From Patescibacteria group bacterium (GTDB lineage: Bacteria; Patescibacteriota; Patescibacteriia; Patescibacteriales; JBAZCA01), in the NCBI GenBank assembly GCA_041661505.1, contig JBAZUF010000001.1, positions 177,576 to 241,575 of the forward strand: a stretch of DNA of 64,000 nucleotides, read 5' to 3'. Shown here one piece after another: positions 25,016 to 38,168 of the stretch. Position 1 is the first letter of the stretch, and each line of letters starts with the position of its first letter. The notes under the pieces were generated by a model that was not told the DNA's origin, made no database searches, and saw nothing but the letters and a program-made list of their open reading frames with translations. Both the position numbers and the translations under genes were made by a program.

Positions 25016-25110
25016 ATTATTAGATTTATATATTAATATTTGTTAATTTTGGCCGGTTTGTCTTCAAAAAAATTTTTTTCTATTCGCATTTCGTCTATGA
25101 TAGAACACTT

Positions 25111-28100
25111 CTACTTATGCCTCAAGAAATAAAATTCTTTGAACACATCCTGGATTGTTGAACTGCCGCGGATTGCATCGCCGAATATTTTCGGCAGATC
25201 ATCGGCGGGATCGCCTTTTGCCCCCTTGTCCCGGCAATAGTAAATTTCCTGGTTAGTATAGAAACAACCCTGGTCGGTAATCGTGCAGTTTTCTTTGCAT
25301 GTCCCCTGGCCGAGAACGCATGACTCATCAACGGCGGCGCCAGCTGGGCAAAAGCCGATAGATTTTCCAGCCGAGTCTTCACAGCGCCGGGTGTCTTTCC
25401 AGGGCGACCAGGTTTTATCGGAATTTAGCGCCGGCCAGGGATTTTCGCAGACAAAAACGTAAATATCGCCGACTCCTTCCTTCCCGTCGCCTTCGCTTGA
25501 TAATGAAGACTCTGACAACTTAACAACGGCATGGGCTTTAGTTTCCCCTTCGGTTATATCCTCCTGGGCGGCGATTAATTCGAATTCGGTAAACCTGTTG
25601 GCCGGATCGCTTAAAAATTCATTTATTGGCCGGGTCGTAGTGGCCGCCACCAGCGTATTATCGATTTTCCAAACCCAATTCCAATAATAGCCCGCGACCG
25701 GCGACAATATCTGGTTATCATCTGAAACCGCAAAGCTCCGGTATTCTTTGTCGCTGTCTTTTTCCGTATCATAAGTCAAATCGCTTCTGTCAGTATCGAC
25801 TTCTGTAATACTGTTTTTCACGGTCTGGAATAAGTAAGAGTAAGGCTCGACATAGGCTTTATCAATGGTGCAAAGGCCTTTATTCGGCGCCGTGTCCGGC
25901 TTGGTGGTGAATGACCAGACTTTGGCGTGCTTAAATTCCACGCCGTTAAAAGTCATATTATCCGGGCCGTTCATTCCAACTTTCCAAGTGCTTAAAACGC
26001 CCTCTTTTATATCATCGTTTAAATTAGGGTCGCCTTTTAAGATGGCAAAATATTTTCTCTCTGAATCAAGCAGTTTTCCTATTCTAAATATGACTTGATT
26101 ATTGTAGATCATTACCGTAGTTGAGGCCGTACAATAATTCTTTTCCGGATTAGGGACGTCAGCGGCCGCGGTTTTCGTTTTTACGCGGACGATTCGTTTT
26201 ATGAAGTCGGTGATCCCAGTAGCCAGCCGGCTAAAGAAACCCTTGGGCGCCGCTCCCTTAGCCAGAGGCGTTGTCCCCGCCGGGCAGGCCGAATCATATT
26301 CACCGGCTAAAATCATGTTAGACGGCAGGCTGTTTACATCCATCTTTTGGTCAAAAGTAGCGCTTATCTCCGCGTTGCGGCAAACGTTTATCATCCCGTC
26401 AGTCGGAATTGTCGAGATAACGGTCGGCCTTGACCGGCAGCAAGAATCAGAACTGCAACCCACGTTGTTTGGGCTACCGCAATTAGAATCTTCAACACAT
26501 CCGCAACAAAGCCCGCGCTTATTTGTCGTGCAGGGCCGTTTATCAGCCTTACAGGACAATTTGCCTGATATTTCCCTTATCGGGTCAATAATCTTTTTAC
26601 ATTTATCATAATTATCCAGTTCCGGATCACTCCCGGTATTATACGGATCGCAACAACAAATGCAGGATTCATCGCCGGCGGAGCAGGCCGGGCGCGGAGG
26701 CAAAGGGGCGTTATCATAGCATCCGCTATTTCCGGTGTCGCCAAAGCATTGATAAGTATCTGGATGATCGCAGGTTAAGGAACAATTATCTGTATCCCTG
26801 TCAAAACAGGAACAGCCGACGCATTGTCCGCACTGATTATCGCATCTAGCATTGCCATATTGCCCGTCAATGGTCGGGGTTGAAGACGCGCATTGGTATT
26901 TCCCGGAGGTCTGGCAGTTATAGTATGAGCAGTAAGCTAAGTCAGGCGTGTCACCCTTGATAATCTCCTTATTGCCGGCCTGGCCGGAACAGCTATTGGA
27001 CTTTTTCGCGTCAACGCAACAAGAAGCCGAATGCTCCGAGCATTTGGAAGGAGAAATGAAAGTCAAACTAGTGCAGTCGCGGCAGACTCCGCCGGTTTCT
27101 TCCGAGTTAGTCATATCGCAATATTTTCCGGTCGTCCCTTCGCAGTTGCAAGCCCGGTCATGGTCGTCTTGGTTAGTTCCGATATTGGCACAACCCGAGC
27201 ATAAGCCAAAGTCTACGTCGCCCGAGTCGCTATAATTCCCGTTCAAAGGATTACTCTTATCAATTCCGCCCGAGCCGCAATCATTGCCGCAGATTAAAGG
27301 AGTACAGCAGGCCGGATTGCCGGGATAATTAGCGTTACCCGGCTCATAATTCGAATTAATATCACAGCAGCATTCACAATATCCGGGCGTTTCTTGTATA
27401 CAGACTCCGTTCGCGCACTCAAATCCGTTCGCGCAGACATCGCCAGAGAGGCCGCAGACTCCGATATAGTCGCTTGAATTGCCGTCAATTTTCCCCAATT
27501 CGTCAACGCACTTAAAATTGCCTGCGCAAAAATCGCAAACTTCCGCCGCGGTTTCCGAAACGCAGAGGCCTTGGCCGATATTTATAAAGCTTGATCCTAG
27601 AATCGCGCAGTTTCCGTTGCCCTTGTATTCGAAGTAGGTGTTGCCGTTATATTTGGCGCAAAACTTTTCAAAAGTATAATCCTGGCCGTTATAATTTTTG
27701 ATAATCGTCTGGTTTAAATCGCAAGCCAGGTTTCCGCTTCTTATGCATTTATTTAAATCAGTATGATATAAGCAAGCTTCGCCGTTGCACAACTCGGTGG
27801 TACAATAATCGTCGGTGCAAGCTGTTGCCTCAAACGGATTCTGGTTGGCCGAGCAGTTGCCCGGCGAATTCGGGCAGTATAGCGAATCAACGCACTGGAC
27901 TAAAGCATAACCCGAGCAGGATTTCGGCTCCGGTCCGGGATTACAAAGACAAGTAATTCTATTACAGGTAGTATCGGCCGGACATTTATTTTGATCCGGC
28001 ATGCAGACTCCGGTCATGCCACTCTTGCTGCAGGGAATTTTACAGCGGCAATCCGATTCATCGCAGATTTTTCCATTCACGCATCGGCTCTGGTCTTTTT

Positions 28101-31100
28101 GACAGCCAGGAGTTGCCGCGTCGCCATCGCAAAATTCCGGTTCGCCGGTATTAATATCCCACTCATAAACGCAGGAGTTGAATTGGGCATAGCATTTGTC
28201 AATGTTTTCCAGGCACCGGCCTTTAGCCGGAGAATCAGTCGGACAGCAGACGTTAGTCCCGCCGCATTCGTCGTCTTTTGAACATTCGCCGACTTTAAAA
28301 TTGAGCCCGTTGCCGGCTAATTCCGGGGAATTTTTTACGAGGCGCGCGGGTCCGGTGGACGCGGCCTTGGGAACAGTGGTTAAAGCCTTGTCCGGAACAA
28401 TTCCTGAAGGCGTGCTTGGCGCCGCTCCCCAGTAACTAATCGCCTCTCCCTCTTGGTTTTTATTTAAATGGAATCTAGCTTTGCTGTTTATGTCTTTTGT
28501 TCCAAAATATTCTCCCCAAAAACTTACGTCGCTTCCGACCGGTCCCATTTGGGGATCAATTTTACAAAGGCTCGGGCTTAAGGGAAGAGTCGAATCGACT
28601 TTGAATTTCGGCGTTGCCAGGCCCGAACTATCAATCGTCTGACTGCCTATTTGCATGGTTAATGTATAGTAGCCGTTAGCCAAATCTTCGGGGACTTTGA
28701 CTATTACCTGGTTATCTTTCCAGACGCTGTCTTTACATACCTCGGGAAAGCTGTAGCTTGCTTCTTTTCCGGAAACCGGTCCGAAAAAAACTTTGCTAGT
28801 CCCCTGGGCATTGCCGAACTTCCGGCCGCGGATAGTTACATACTGCCCAATCGGGCCGCGGGTCGGATCAAAAGATAAGATTTGGGGGCCGGCGTATGGC
28901 TCTTCATCTTTGGTAAAATTCAAATAATTGCTTCCCACCTTTCCTTTCACTACAAAACTCGTTGTCAGCCCGGGATAGATATTCGCCACATCGGCAGTCC
29001 CTTGCTTATTGCTATTAGCGCCAAACGCGGAATTTCCTCCCTGGACTTTATTTCCCCACCAGTCGCCAAAATAGGCTATAGCGCCGGTTGGAAGATTCAG
29101 GCCGTAATAAGTAAGCGTATCTCCAATCAGCCCGTGATCTTCTTCGCAAAGCGGATCGCCGGAGCATTTATTGTTCGCCAGCCGGCAGATGCCGGGCCTT
29201 ACAATCGTATTAGCCGTAAAATCTTTTATCATCGGCCCGTATGGATCGTCAGTAGCGTCAGTCAAGCCGTTTTCTCCGGTAACATTAATGCTTCCGCTAA
29301 CCGTGCTTCCGGGAACCGCTATTATGATTTGCCTATCAGTCCAGCTTGAGATGCAGGCCGGGTTTAAGTCAGTGGGGAAAATCCCCATTCTATCATCGCT
29401 TGCGTCGTCTTTTACCCCGACAAATTTCACTCCGGCATTTGAAGCGACCCGGGCAAACTGGAAATCATCAATATATATGTCGCTCCCCTGCGAATCAGTC
29501 GCGTAATAATTACCGGCCAAGCCGACTTCTATAACTTTCTTCCCGGTTTTGTCCCTTAGCCTGTCCATTTCCGCCGTGTAAATAAAATATGATTCATAGC
29601 TCTGCCAATCTTTGTAATCACCGGCCCTAATTGTTAAGAAGTTAAAGCCAATGTAAGGCTTGGTTTGCAGAGGAGCGTGATAACAGCAATAGTCCGGCGC
29701 CCCGGAGCACTGGCACTTCCCGGGGCTATTAGAGCAATATGATCCTCCTAATTCAACGCAGTTCGAATCATTCCCATAATCGGACTTCTTCCACGCCTGG
29801 ACCGTATTTCCTAAAGAGTATCCGGCGGCGATGCTTATATTTTTTTGCGTCCGTCCCTTGTATTTGAACCTTAATACGTATTTGTCTCCAACTTTAAAAT
29901 TCAATTTCGAAATATCATAAGTAAGCGCGTTCCACATCACCCGGTTGGTATACGGCCACCTCAAATTACTTCCTTCGTTAACTTTGCATTCCCCTTCTCC
30001 GCAATAGGCGTTATGGGGGAAAACGCATTTATTTACTCCGTCTTCATTCCTCCACTCGCAGGCAAAAGGAAATTTATCATAAATCCCTTGCCGCCGGCAC
30101 AACTCTTCACCGCAGACTCCCGGGTACGGCTGGCCGGCATCTTCATGCATCTTTACGCTTCTTTCGGGCGAAACATAATTTCCCGGTTCACTTACTATCC
30201 CGATCCAGGAATGATTCTGCTTAGCCGCCCTCCAGTCTTTCGGTACGCCTCCCAATGTCCCTTGCTCAAAATTGACGTTAGTTAAGACATTTTCCAGAAG
30301 ATTGCTCACCACGCCGAAATTTTTTCCAAAAATCGTCAAAAAATTGTTAGGCGCTCCGTTAGCCGTGTCTTTGTTGCAGGTAGCCGGACTTAACCCCGCG
30401 CAATCTCCGTCCACCTGGCAAAACTTATTAATATTGCCGTCGCAAAATCCGCCGGTCGGCGTTATTTTATTAATAATCGGCCTCTTTTTACATATACACG
30501 CGTCCGTAGTGCATTGGCAAAAGCTGGTAGAGCACAGCTCGTCGGCGCAATTGGAATTGCTGGCTCCGCATTGGTTTACTCCGGTTCGATTGCATGCCCC
30601 GCCTTCGCACGCCAGGCAATCCGCTCCTCCGCAATCAATATCTTCTTCGTCCGCGTCTTTTATCCCGTTACAGCAGTGTCCGGGTTTTACGTTAGTTATA
30701 AAACTCGCCGTTGAGGTAGCGGCCGCCATATCTTTGGCTAATACCTTAAAAGTATATTCATCGCCTATAGAATAATTTGTTGTATCATATTTCCAATCAA
30801 GATATTGGTATCTCTCCTCATTACCAGGCTCCAGGTGGTTCATTTCTTCACTCCCGCCGGTTTTTTGGGAATAAAATATTAAGGATCCCATAGCAATATC
30901 ATCCCGGCCCCAGCCGCCAACCGTATTGGCGTCTGGCTTTAAGGTGCCGTCGTCTTTACAAATTTGGGCCGGTATTATTCCGGCGGTTGGCGGTCCGGTA
31001 TCGATTAATTCTCCGGTGGCAAAAGTAAAGACGCAAGTCGCTCCGGCGGCGCAGGATAAAGATTTGCGGCCTACGGAAGAAATTATGCCCGAACCGCCGT

Positions 31101-31932
31101 TAATCGTTACCCGAATTTGGCTTTTAGCCGGAAAGCAATGAGTAGTTGAGGCTTCGTCCCCGCACTCGGCCGCGGCCGTAAAATTAATTTCCTCCCAGGC
31201 CGAGGACGTAGCGACCGACCCCATAATTCCTCCGGTCTGGGCCAGAGCGGTTAAGGCAATTAACTTCGGCGAGAAAAGCGGGAAGGTTTTCCCGTTATCG
31301 GCCACTGTCCCGATTTGCTCCACTTTAAAATTGTTATCCAGCGTTTCCTGGGTGGTTTGGTTATCAATTTGCTGATTAAAGAAAGCCTGGACAACAACGT
31401 TCCGGATAACGTTCGTTGACTGGTTCCTTGGAATTGTGCCCTTAACCGCGAAGACTCCTTCGGGCGGAGGGGTTCCGCAGCTTTCGGCGCAATAATCCCC
31501 GGGACAGCAGGTCAGTCCCTCGGCGCACGGCGGATCGCAAACCGGAGGGTTTCCGCAATTCGGCCCTTCGCAGGGCGGCACAAGCTTGGTTATAATAAAG
31601 CTTACAATAGCAAAAGCCGATAAAAGAATTATTAGCCCGATTACCGCGTTGCGGATGAGTTTTTTTGCTTTATCAACTTTTTCCGCCTCTCCCCCGGCCG
31701 TCATCCAAAGCCAGCCGCCGTACATGATAATGATTATCATTATCAAAGCCAAAAACCCGAGCATCACCCGGACAATATTAACAATCAGCGTTTTTGGGCT
31801 GGTATTTGACAGCCCTATCTGCTCCGCGGCATTAAGGCCTAGATCCGTTTGGGCCAAAGCGAAATGGGCCGCTCCCAAAAACAGTACGGCTAAAGCCAGG
31901 ACGAATAAATTTTTTATAATCTTATTTTTCAT
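25111..31932 (-). CDS. Giant (2273 aa) Cys-rich surface protein with an N-terminal T4SS-pilin-like (TrbC/VirB2-like) two-helix domain and IPT/TIG- and Ig-like repeats
   Basis: Signal peptide plus ...IVRVMLGFLALIMIIIIMYGGWLWMTAGGEAEKVDKAKKLIRNAVIGLIILLSAFAIVSFIITKL. IPT-like segments follow (ILSFDPTRGPIGQYVTIRGRKFG; CKIDPQMGPVGSDVSFWGEYFG), then many CxxC/CC clusters. The ATG at 31932 lies 4 nt after the upstream stop. Confidence 0.7.
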   Translation of the reverse strand: MKNKIIKNLFVLALAVLFLGAAHFALAQTDLGLNAAEQIGLSNTSPKTLIVNIVRVMLGFLALIMIIIIMYGGWLWMTAGGEAEKVDKAKKLIRNAVIGLIILLSAFAIVSFIITKLVPPCEGPNCGNPPVCDPPCAEGLTCCPGDYCAESCGTPPPEGVFAVKGTIPRNQSTNVIRNVVVQAFFNQQIDNQTTQETLDNNFKVEQIGTVADNGKTFPLFSPKLIALTALAQTGGIMGSVATSSAWEEINFTAAAECGDEASTTHCFPAKSQIRVTINGGSGIISSVGRKSLSCAAGATCVFTFATGELIDTGPPTAGIIPAQICKDDGTLKPDANTVGGWGRDDIAMGSLIFYSQKTGGSEEMNHLEPGNEERYQYLDWKYDTTNYSIGDEYTFKVLAKDMAAATSTASFITNVKPGHCCNGIKDADEEDIDCGGADCLACEGGACNRTGVNQCGASNSNCADELCSTSFCQCTTDACICKKRPIINKITPTGGFCDGNINKFCQVDGDCAGLSPATCNKDTANGAPNNFLTIFGKNFGVVSNLLENVLTNVNFEQGTLGGVPKDWRAAKQNHSWIGIVSEPGNYVSPERSVKMHEDAGQPYPGVCGEELCRRQGIYDKFPFACEWRNEDGVNKCVFPHNAYCGEGECKVNEGSNLRWPYTNRVMWNALTYDISKLNFKVGDKYVLRFKYKGRTQKNISIAAGYSLGNTVQAWKKSDYGNDSNCVELGGSYCSNSPGKCQCSGAPDYCCYHAPLQTKPYIGFNFLTIRAGDYKDWQSYESYFIYTAEMDRLRDKTGKKVIEVGLAGNYYATDSQGSDIYIDDFQFARVASNAGVKFVGVKDDASDDRMGIFPTDLNPACISSWTDRQIIIAVPGSTVSGSINVTGENGLTDATDDPYGPMIKDFTANTIVRPGICRLANNKCSGDPLCEEDHGLIGDTLTYYGLNLPTGAIAYFGDWWGNKVQGGNSAFGANSNKQGTADVANIYPGLTTSFVVKGKVGSNYLNFTKDEEPYAGPQILSFDPTRGPIGQYVTIRGRKFGNAQGTSKVFFGPVSGKEASYSFPEVCKDSVWKDNQVIVKVPEDLANGYYTLTMQIGSQTIDSSGLATPKFKVDSTLPLSPSLCKIDPQMGPVGSDVSFWGEYFGTKDINSKARFHLNKNQEGEAISYWGAAPSTPSGIVPDKALTTVPKAASTGPARLVKNSPELAGNGLNFKVGECSKDDECGGTNVCCPTDSPAKGRCLENIDKCYAQFNSCVYEWDINTGEPEFCDGDAATPGCQKDQSRCVNGKICDESDCRCKIPCSKSGMTGVCMPDQNKCPADTTCNRITCLCNPGPEPKSCSGYALVQCVDSLYCPNSPGNCSANQNPFEATACTDDYCTTELCNGEACLYHTDLNKCIRSGNLACDLNQTIIKNYNGQDYTFEKFCAKYNGNTYFEYKGNGNCAILGSSFINIGQGLCVSETAAEVCDFCAGNFKCVDELGKIDGNSSDYIGVCGLSGDVCANGFECANGVCIQETPGYCECCCDINSNYEPGNANYPGNPACCTPLICGNDCGSGGIDKSNPLNGNYSDSGDVDFGLCSGCANIGTNQDDHDRACNCEGTTGKYCDMTNSEETGGVCRDCTSLTFISPSKCSEHSASCCVDAKKSNSCSGQAGNKEIIKGDTPDLAYCSYYNCQTSGKYQCASSTPTIDGQYGNARCDNQCGQCVGCSCFDRDTDNCSLTCDHPDTYQCFGDTGNSGCYDNAPLPPRPACSAGDESCICCCDPYNTGSDPELDNYDKCKKIIDPIREISGKLSCKADKRPCTTNKRGLCCGCVEDSNCGSPNNVGCSSDSCCRSRPTVISTIPTDGMINVCRNAEISATFDQKMDVNSLPSNMILAGEYDSACPAGTTPLAKGAAPKGFFSRLATGITDFIKRIVRVKTKTAAADVPNPEKNYCTASTTVMIYNNQVIFRIGKLLDSERKYFAILKGDPNLNDDIKEGVLSTWKVGMNGPDNMTFNGVEFKHAKVWSFTTKPDTAPNKGLCTIDKAYVEPYSYLFQTVKNSITEVDTDRSDLTYDTEKDSDKEYRSFAVSDDNQILSPVAGYYWNWVWKIDNTLVAATTTRPINEFLSDPANRFTEFELIAAQEDITEGETKAHAVVKLSESSLSSEGDGKEGVGDIYVFVCENPWPALNSDKTWSPWKDTRRCEDSAGKSIGFCPAGAAVDESCVLGQGTCKENCTITDQGCFYTNQEIYYCRDKGAKGDPADDLPKIFGDAIRGSSTIQDVFKEFYFLRHK

Positions 31933-31936
31933 TACA

Positions 31937-34729
<2,793 letters not shown>

Positions 34730-34788
34730 GGGATATTTGGTTCTCTCTATTTTATTCCAATTTTATCGCGGCGATTATAGCGCTTTTT

Positions 34789-35664
34789 TTAAGTCTCAAT
34801 TTTTTTCACCTGATAGCGTCCGGCGCTCCCAAAAATTTTCACTTTCTCCCTTACGACTTTTTCCACTGCCTCGATAGTTGGCTTTAATAACACTCTCGGA
34901 TCGGTTTCTTCTTTATTGTTAACGCAAGTCTCAATTAATTTTTTTGAAAAGGCGATTTTCAAATCGCTTCCGATATTAATAATATTAACGCCCATAGCGA
35001 CCGCCTTTTTCATATCTTCGCTTTTTACGCCTGAACCGCCGTGCAGGACGAAAGGAATCGATATTCTTTCCTTAATAGCTTTTAAAACTTCGAGGTCGAC
35101 TCTTTCGTTTTCATAAACTCCGTGGGCGGTTCCGATGGGCGCCGCGACGGTGTCAATTTTTGTCGCTTTGACGAATTCCGCTACCTTATCCGGATCGGCA
35201 ATCGGAACATTATTAATAATATTTCCTGATTGGCCGTGCCCGCCGATCATCTCTCCGAGCTCCCCTTGCACCCAGACCCCTTTGGGCCGGGCCACTTCAA
35301 CTACGTGCCGGGTAAGATTTACATTCTCGTCATAAGGCAGGCTGGAAGCGTCAATATGGACCGAGGTAAAACCCGAATTAATACATTCGAAAATCGCGTC
35401 AAAACTCTTCCCATGGTCAAGATGCAGGGCGACCGGCACCTGGACCGCGATATTTTTCGCGATCGTCGAAACGATGTGGGTAATCGGCTTTACCCCCATG
35501 TATTCGATTACATTCTGGGAAACCTGGAAAATTACCGGAGAGCCGGTCTTTTCGGCCGCGTAAGCCACGCCCAAAGCCATCTCAATATTTAATATGTTAA
35601 AAGCCCCTAAAGCGTATCCCTCTTTTTCCGCGTCTTCAACCAATTCTTTAATATGAACCAGCAT
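34789..35664 (-). CDS. fba: Class II fructose-bisphosphate aldolase
   Basis: GYALGAFNI, PVALHLDHG, VLHGGSG. Confidence 0.9.
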   Translation of the reverse strand: MLVHIKELVEDAEKEGYALGAFNILNIEMALGVAYAAEKTGSPVIFQVSQNVIEYMGVKPITHIVSTIAKNIAVQVPVALHLDHGKSFDAIFECINSGFTSVHIDASSLPYDENVNLTRHVVEVARPKGVWVQGELGEMIGGHGQSGNIINNVPIADPDKVAEFVKATKIDTVAAPIGTAHGVYENERVDLEVLKAIKERISIPFVLHGGSGVKSEDMKKAVAMGVNIINIGSDLKIAFSKKLIETCVNNKEETDPRVLLKPTIEAVEKVVREKVKIFGSAGRYQVKKIET

Positions 35665-35673
35665 TAATTTTAT

Positions 35674-36441
35674 TTAGCTGTTAATTAAAATATTCGCGAC
35701 CTTGTAAAACTCTTCCGCGTTCAGACTCGCTCCCCCGACCAAAAGGCCGTCAAGATTTTCCAAATTGACGAACTCGTTTACGTTTTTGGAAGAAATGCTG
35801 CCGCCGTAAATTATCCGGAAGCATTTCTCCGAAATTTTAGAGCCGAACAATTCATTCAAGGTAAGGCGGATTATCTTGTGGGCGTAATCGCAGTCCGACG
35901 GCTCGATGGCTACGCCGGATCCTATGGCCCAAATCGGTTCGTAAGCGACGACGATTTTTTGGTTTTCCATAATACTCAAGCCTCCAAAGGCCTGGTTAAC
36001 CTGGTCAACCAGTATGAAATCCCTTTTTTTTGATTTCCTTTCGTCTTTTTCTTCGCCCAGGCAGACAACGGGCATTAAATTTTCTACTTCCAAAACCGCC
36101 TTTAATTTTTTATGAACCATCTCATAATTTTCAAGCAAATACTCCCGCCTCTCCGAGTGGCCGATGATCGCCATATCGCATCCGATTTCTGACAGGTTTA
36201 ACGGCGAAATTTCTCCGGTATAAGCTCCCTGGGCTTCCCAAAACACATTTTGCGAACCGCACATTAAGGGACTCCCTTCCAGATTTTTTTTTACTTCGGC
36301 CAAGGAAATAAAATTAGGGCAAATCCCGACTTCCCCGCCTTTAAAATCCTTGAATTTTATTTTCATCTCTTTGGCCAATGCAACCGACTCTTTATAACCC
36401 AGTTTCATCTTCCAGTTAGCAATGACTATTTTGTTTGCCAT
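35674..36441 (-). CDS. tpiA: Triosephosphate isomerase
   Basis: VIANWKM, IIGHSERR, AYEPIWAIGSG. Confidence 0.95.
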   Translation of the reverse strand: MANKIVIANWKMKLGYKESVALAKEMKIKFKDFKGGEVGICPNFISLAEVKKNLEGSPLMCGSQNVFWEAQGAYTGEISPLNLSEIGCDMAIIGHSERREYLLENYEMVHKKLKAVLEVENLMPVVCLGEEKDERKSKKRDFILVDQVNQAFGGLSIMENQKIVVAYEPIWAIGSGVAIEPSDCDYAHKIIRLTLNELFGSKISEKCFRIIYGGSISSKNVNEFVNLENLDGLLVGGASLNAEEFYKVANILINS

Positions 36442-36534
36442 AAGCCTTTTATATTTTTAATTTTCCTTTTTATGCGCGAAAAATCCAAAAATTAGAGGAC
36501 CTTAATTCCATTCCTTTTAGCTACCAGCATTATA

Positions 36535-37548
36535 TCATTTTTCCCCATCCGGCGCAATTTCATCTCCCCATCTAAAATTGGAAAAAATCCACTTAACTAA
36601 ATTGCCGGTTTCGGTAAACCGGGTATCAATTGAAGGGGTGCCCAAAACTACAGTAACAAGCTCGTGGCCATCATGCGAAAACCGGCCGACAAAGCAATAG
36701 CCGGCCTCATTGGTAAACCCGGTTTTTCCGCCGGCCATTTTTATGCCTTCCCCCATTTCTTCTTTTAAAAGCTGGTCGGTTGAAGGTATATTTTTTTCTT
36801 TTCCGTCCAGAGTTTTATAGCGGTAATTCCTCGTCAGGGTGGCTTTTTGGATTTCTTCATTTTCCAAAGCGATCCGGGCGAATTTGGCGATTTCTTCGGC
36901 CGTCGATTCGTTGGGTTTTAGGCCGGTTGAATCAAAAAAAGCAGTATTAACCATGCCGAGCAGATTTGCCCGCTCCCTCATCTTTTCGACAAATTGCCCT
37001 TCGGTCATTCCGGTTGAATGGACCAAGGCGGCTGTCGCTGTATTGTCTGAAGCGACCAGGCTGGTATAAAACAAATCTTTGATTTTAATTTTTTCGCCGG
37101 GAAAAAGAAAAACTTTTCCGCCCTCCCGGCGGTCTCCTTTTTTCATCTGGTATTCTTTTTCCCAGCCCGGATTATAATCTAAAAATACCAGAGCCGTCAT
37201 CAGCTTGGTGATGCTCGCGATCGGCCATTTTTCTTCCGCCGCCTGCTTAAAAATTATGTTATTGCTTTGGCAGTCGACGGCCACCGCGCTCCGGGCGGCG
37301 ATTTTCAGGCCCGCCACTTTATTTCGGATGACCGGCGGAGCCGGCTTATCCTCGCTTACCGGAAGTTTTTTATATCCCAGGAAGGAAAGCGACGCGTCCC
37401 TCGCGTTTTCCACCATTCCTAAAATCTGGCTTCCTTCTTCCTGGCGGTAGCCAAAAAAATCGGGCAAAACCCGGGAATAATCTAGGGATGTATTTAATAA
37501 GGCTGTTGAAAAAACAAAAGCCAAAGTAAAGGCAATGGAAAGAAACAT
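36535..37548 (-). CDS. D-alanyl-D-alanine carboxypeptidase (S11, PBP5-like)
   Basis: SxxK motif PIASITKLMT, SxN motif VASDN, KTG motif GGKTGFT. The ATG at 37548 avoids overlap with scpB. Confidence 0.8.
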   Translation of the reverse strand: MFLSIAFTLAFVFSTALLNTSLDYSRVLPDFFGYRQEEGSQILGMVENARDASLSFLGYKKLPVSEDKPAPPVIRNKVAGLKIAARSAVAVDCQSNNIIFKQAAEEKWPIASITKLMTALVFLDYNPGWEKEYQMKKGDRREGGKVFLFPGEKIKIKDLFYTSLVASDNTATAALVHSTGMTEGQFVEKMRERANLLGMVNTAFFDSTGLKPNESTAEEIAKFARIALENEEIQKATLTRNYRYKTLDGKEKNIPSTDQLLKEEMGEGIKMAGGKTGFTNEAGYCFVGRFSHDGHELVTVVLGTPSIDTRFTETGNLVKWIFSNFRWGDEIAPDGEK

Positions 37549-37555
37549 AATATTT

Positions 37556-38089
37556 TTAATTCTCAAGCATTTTCTCCAATGTTTCCTCCTTGTGAAGCCT
37601 GTTAAAATCCGGCAGCTGGCTTATTTCATTTAGCCCAAGGAAGCGGATAAAATCAAGCGTAACGCTATAATAAGTCTCGCGCTTTGCTTTGTCGTCGCGC
37701 GACTCAATCAGCCCCCGAATCAAAAGGTTTCGCAGAATCATCCCGCAGTTGACTCCCCGGATGCGGTCAAGGTCAATTTTTGATATCGGGCCGCGGTAAG
37801 CGATAATCGTCAGCGCCTCAAGGCTCGGGCGGGACAACTCGCCGGTCACTTCGTCTTTGACAAACTCCTTTACGAGGCCGGCGTTCTCGGGCGCCGACGC
37901 CATCTGGTATTTTCCGCCTTGCCGGATTATTTCCATTCCCCGGCCGCTTTCTTTATATTCTGCGAGCAACTCGGACAAGGCGCCTTCAACTTCTTTGGCC
38001 GGCGCCTTAATAATATCGGAAAGCTGTTTTACTGGCATAGCTTTGGCCGAGATGAATAACAAGGATTCGATTTTTGATTTTAAACTCAT
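37556..38089 (-). CDS. scpB: Segregation and condensation protein B
   Basis: KSKIESLLFISAKAMPVKQLS...LEALTIIAYRGPISKIDLDRIRGV. Confidence 0.85.
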   Translation of the reverse strand: MSLKSKIESLLFISAKAMPVKQLSDIIKAPAKEVEGALSELLAEYKESGRGMEIIRQGGKYQMASAPENAGLVKEFVKDEVTGELSRPSLEALTIIAYRGPISKIDLDRIRGVNCGMILRNLLIRGLIESRDDKAKRETYYSVTLDFIRFLGLNEISQLPDFNRLHKEETLEKMLEN

Positions 38090-38168
38090 AATTATTTAGC
38101 AAATAACAAAACATAATCTAACGGCCAGCCTTCTTTTTCCGGACCGATGCGGTAAGCCGCGCGAATGA

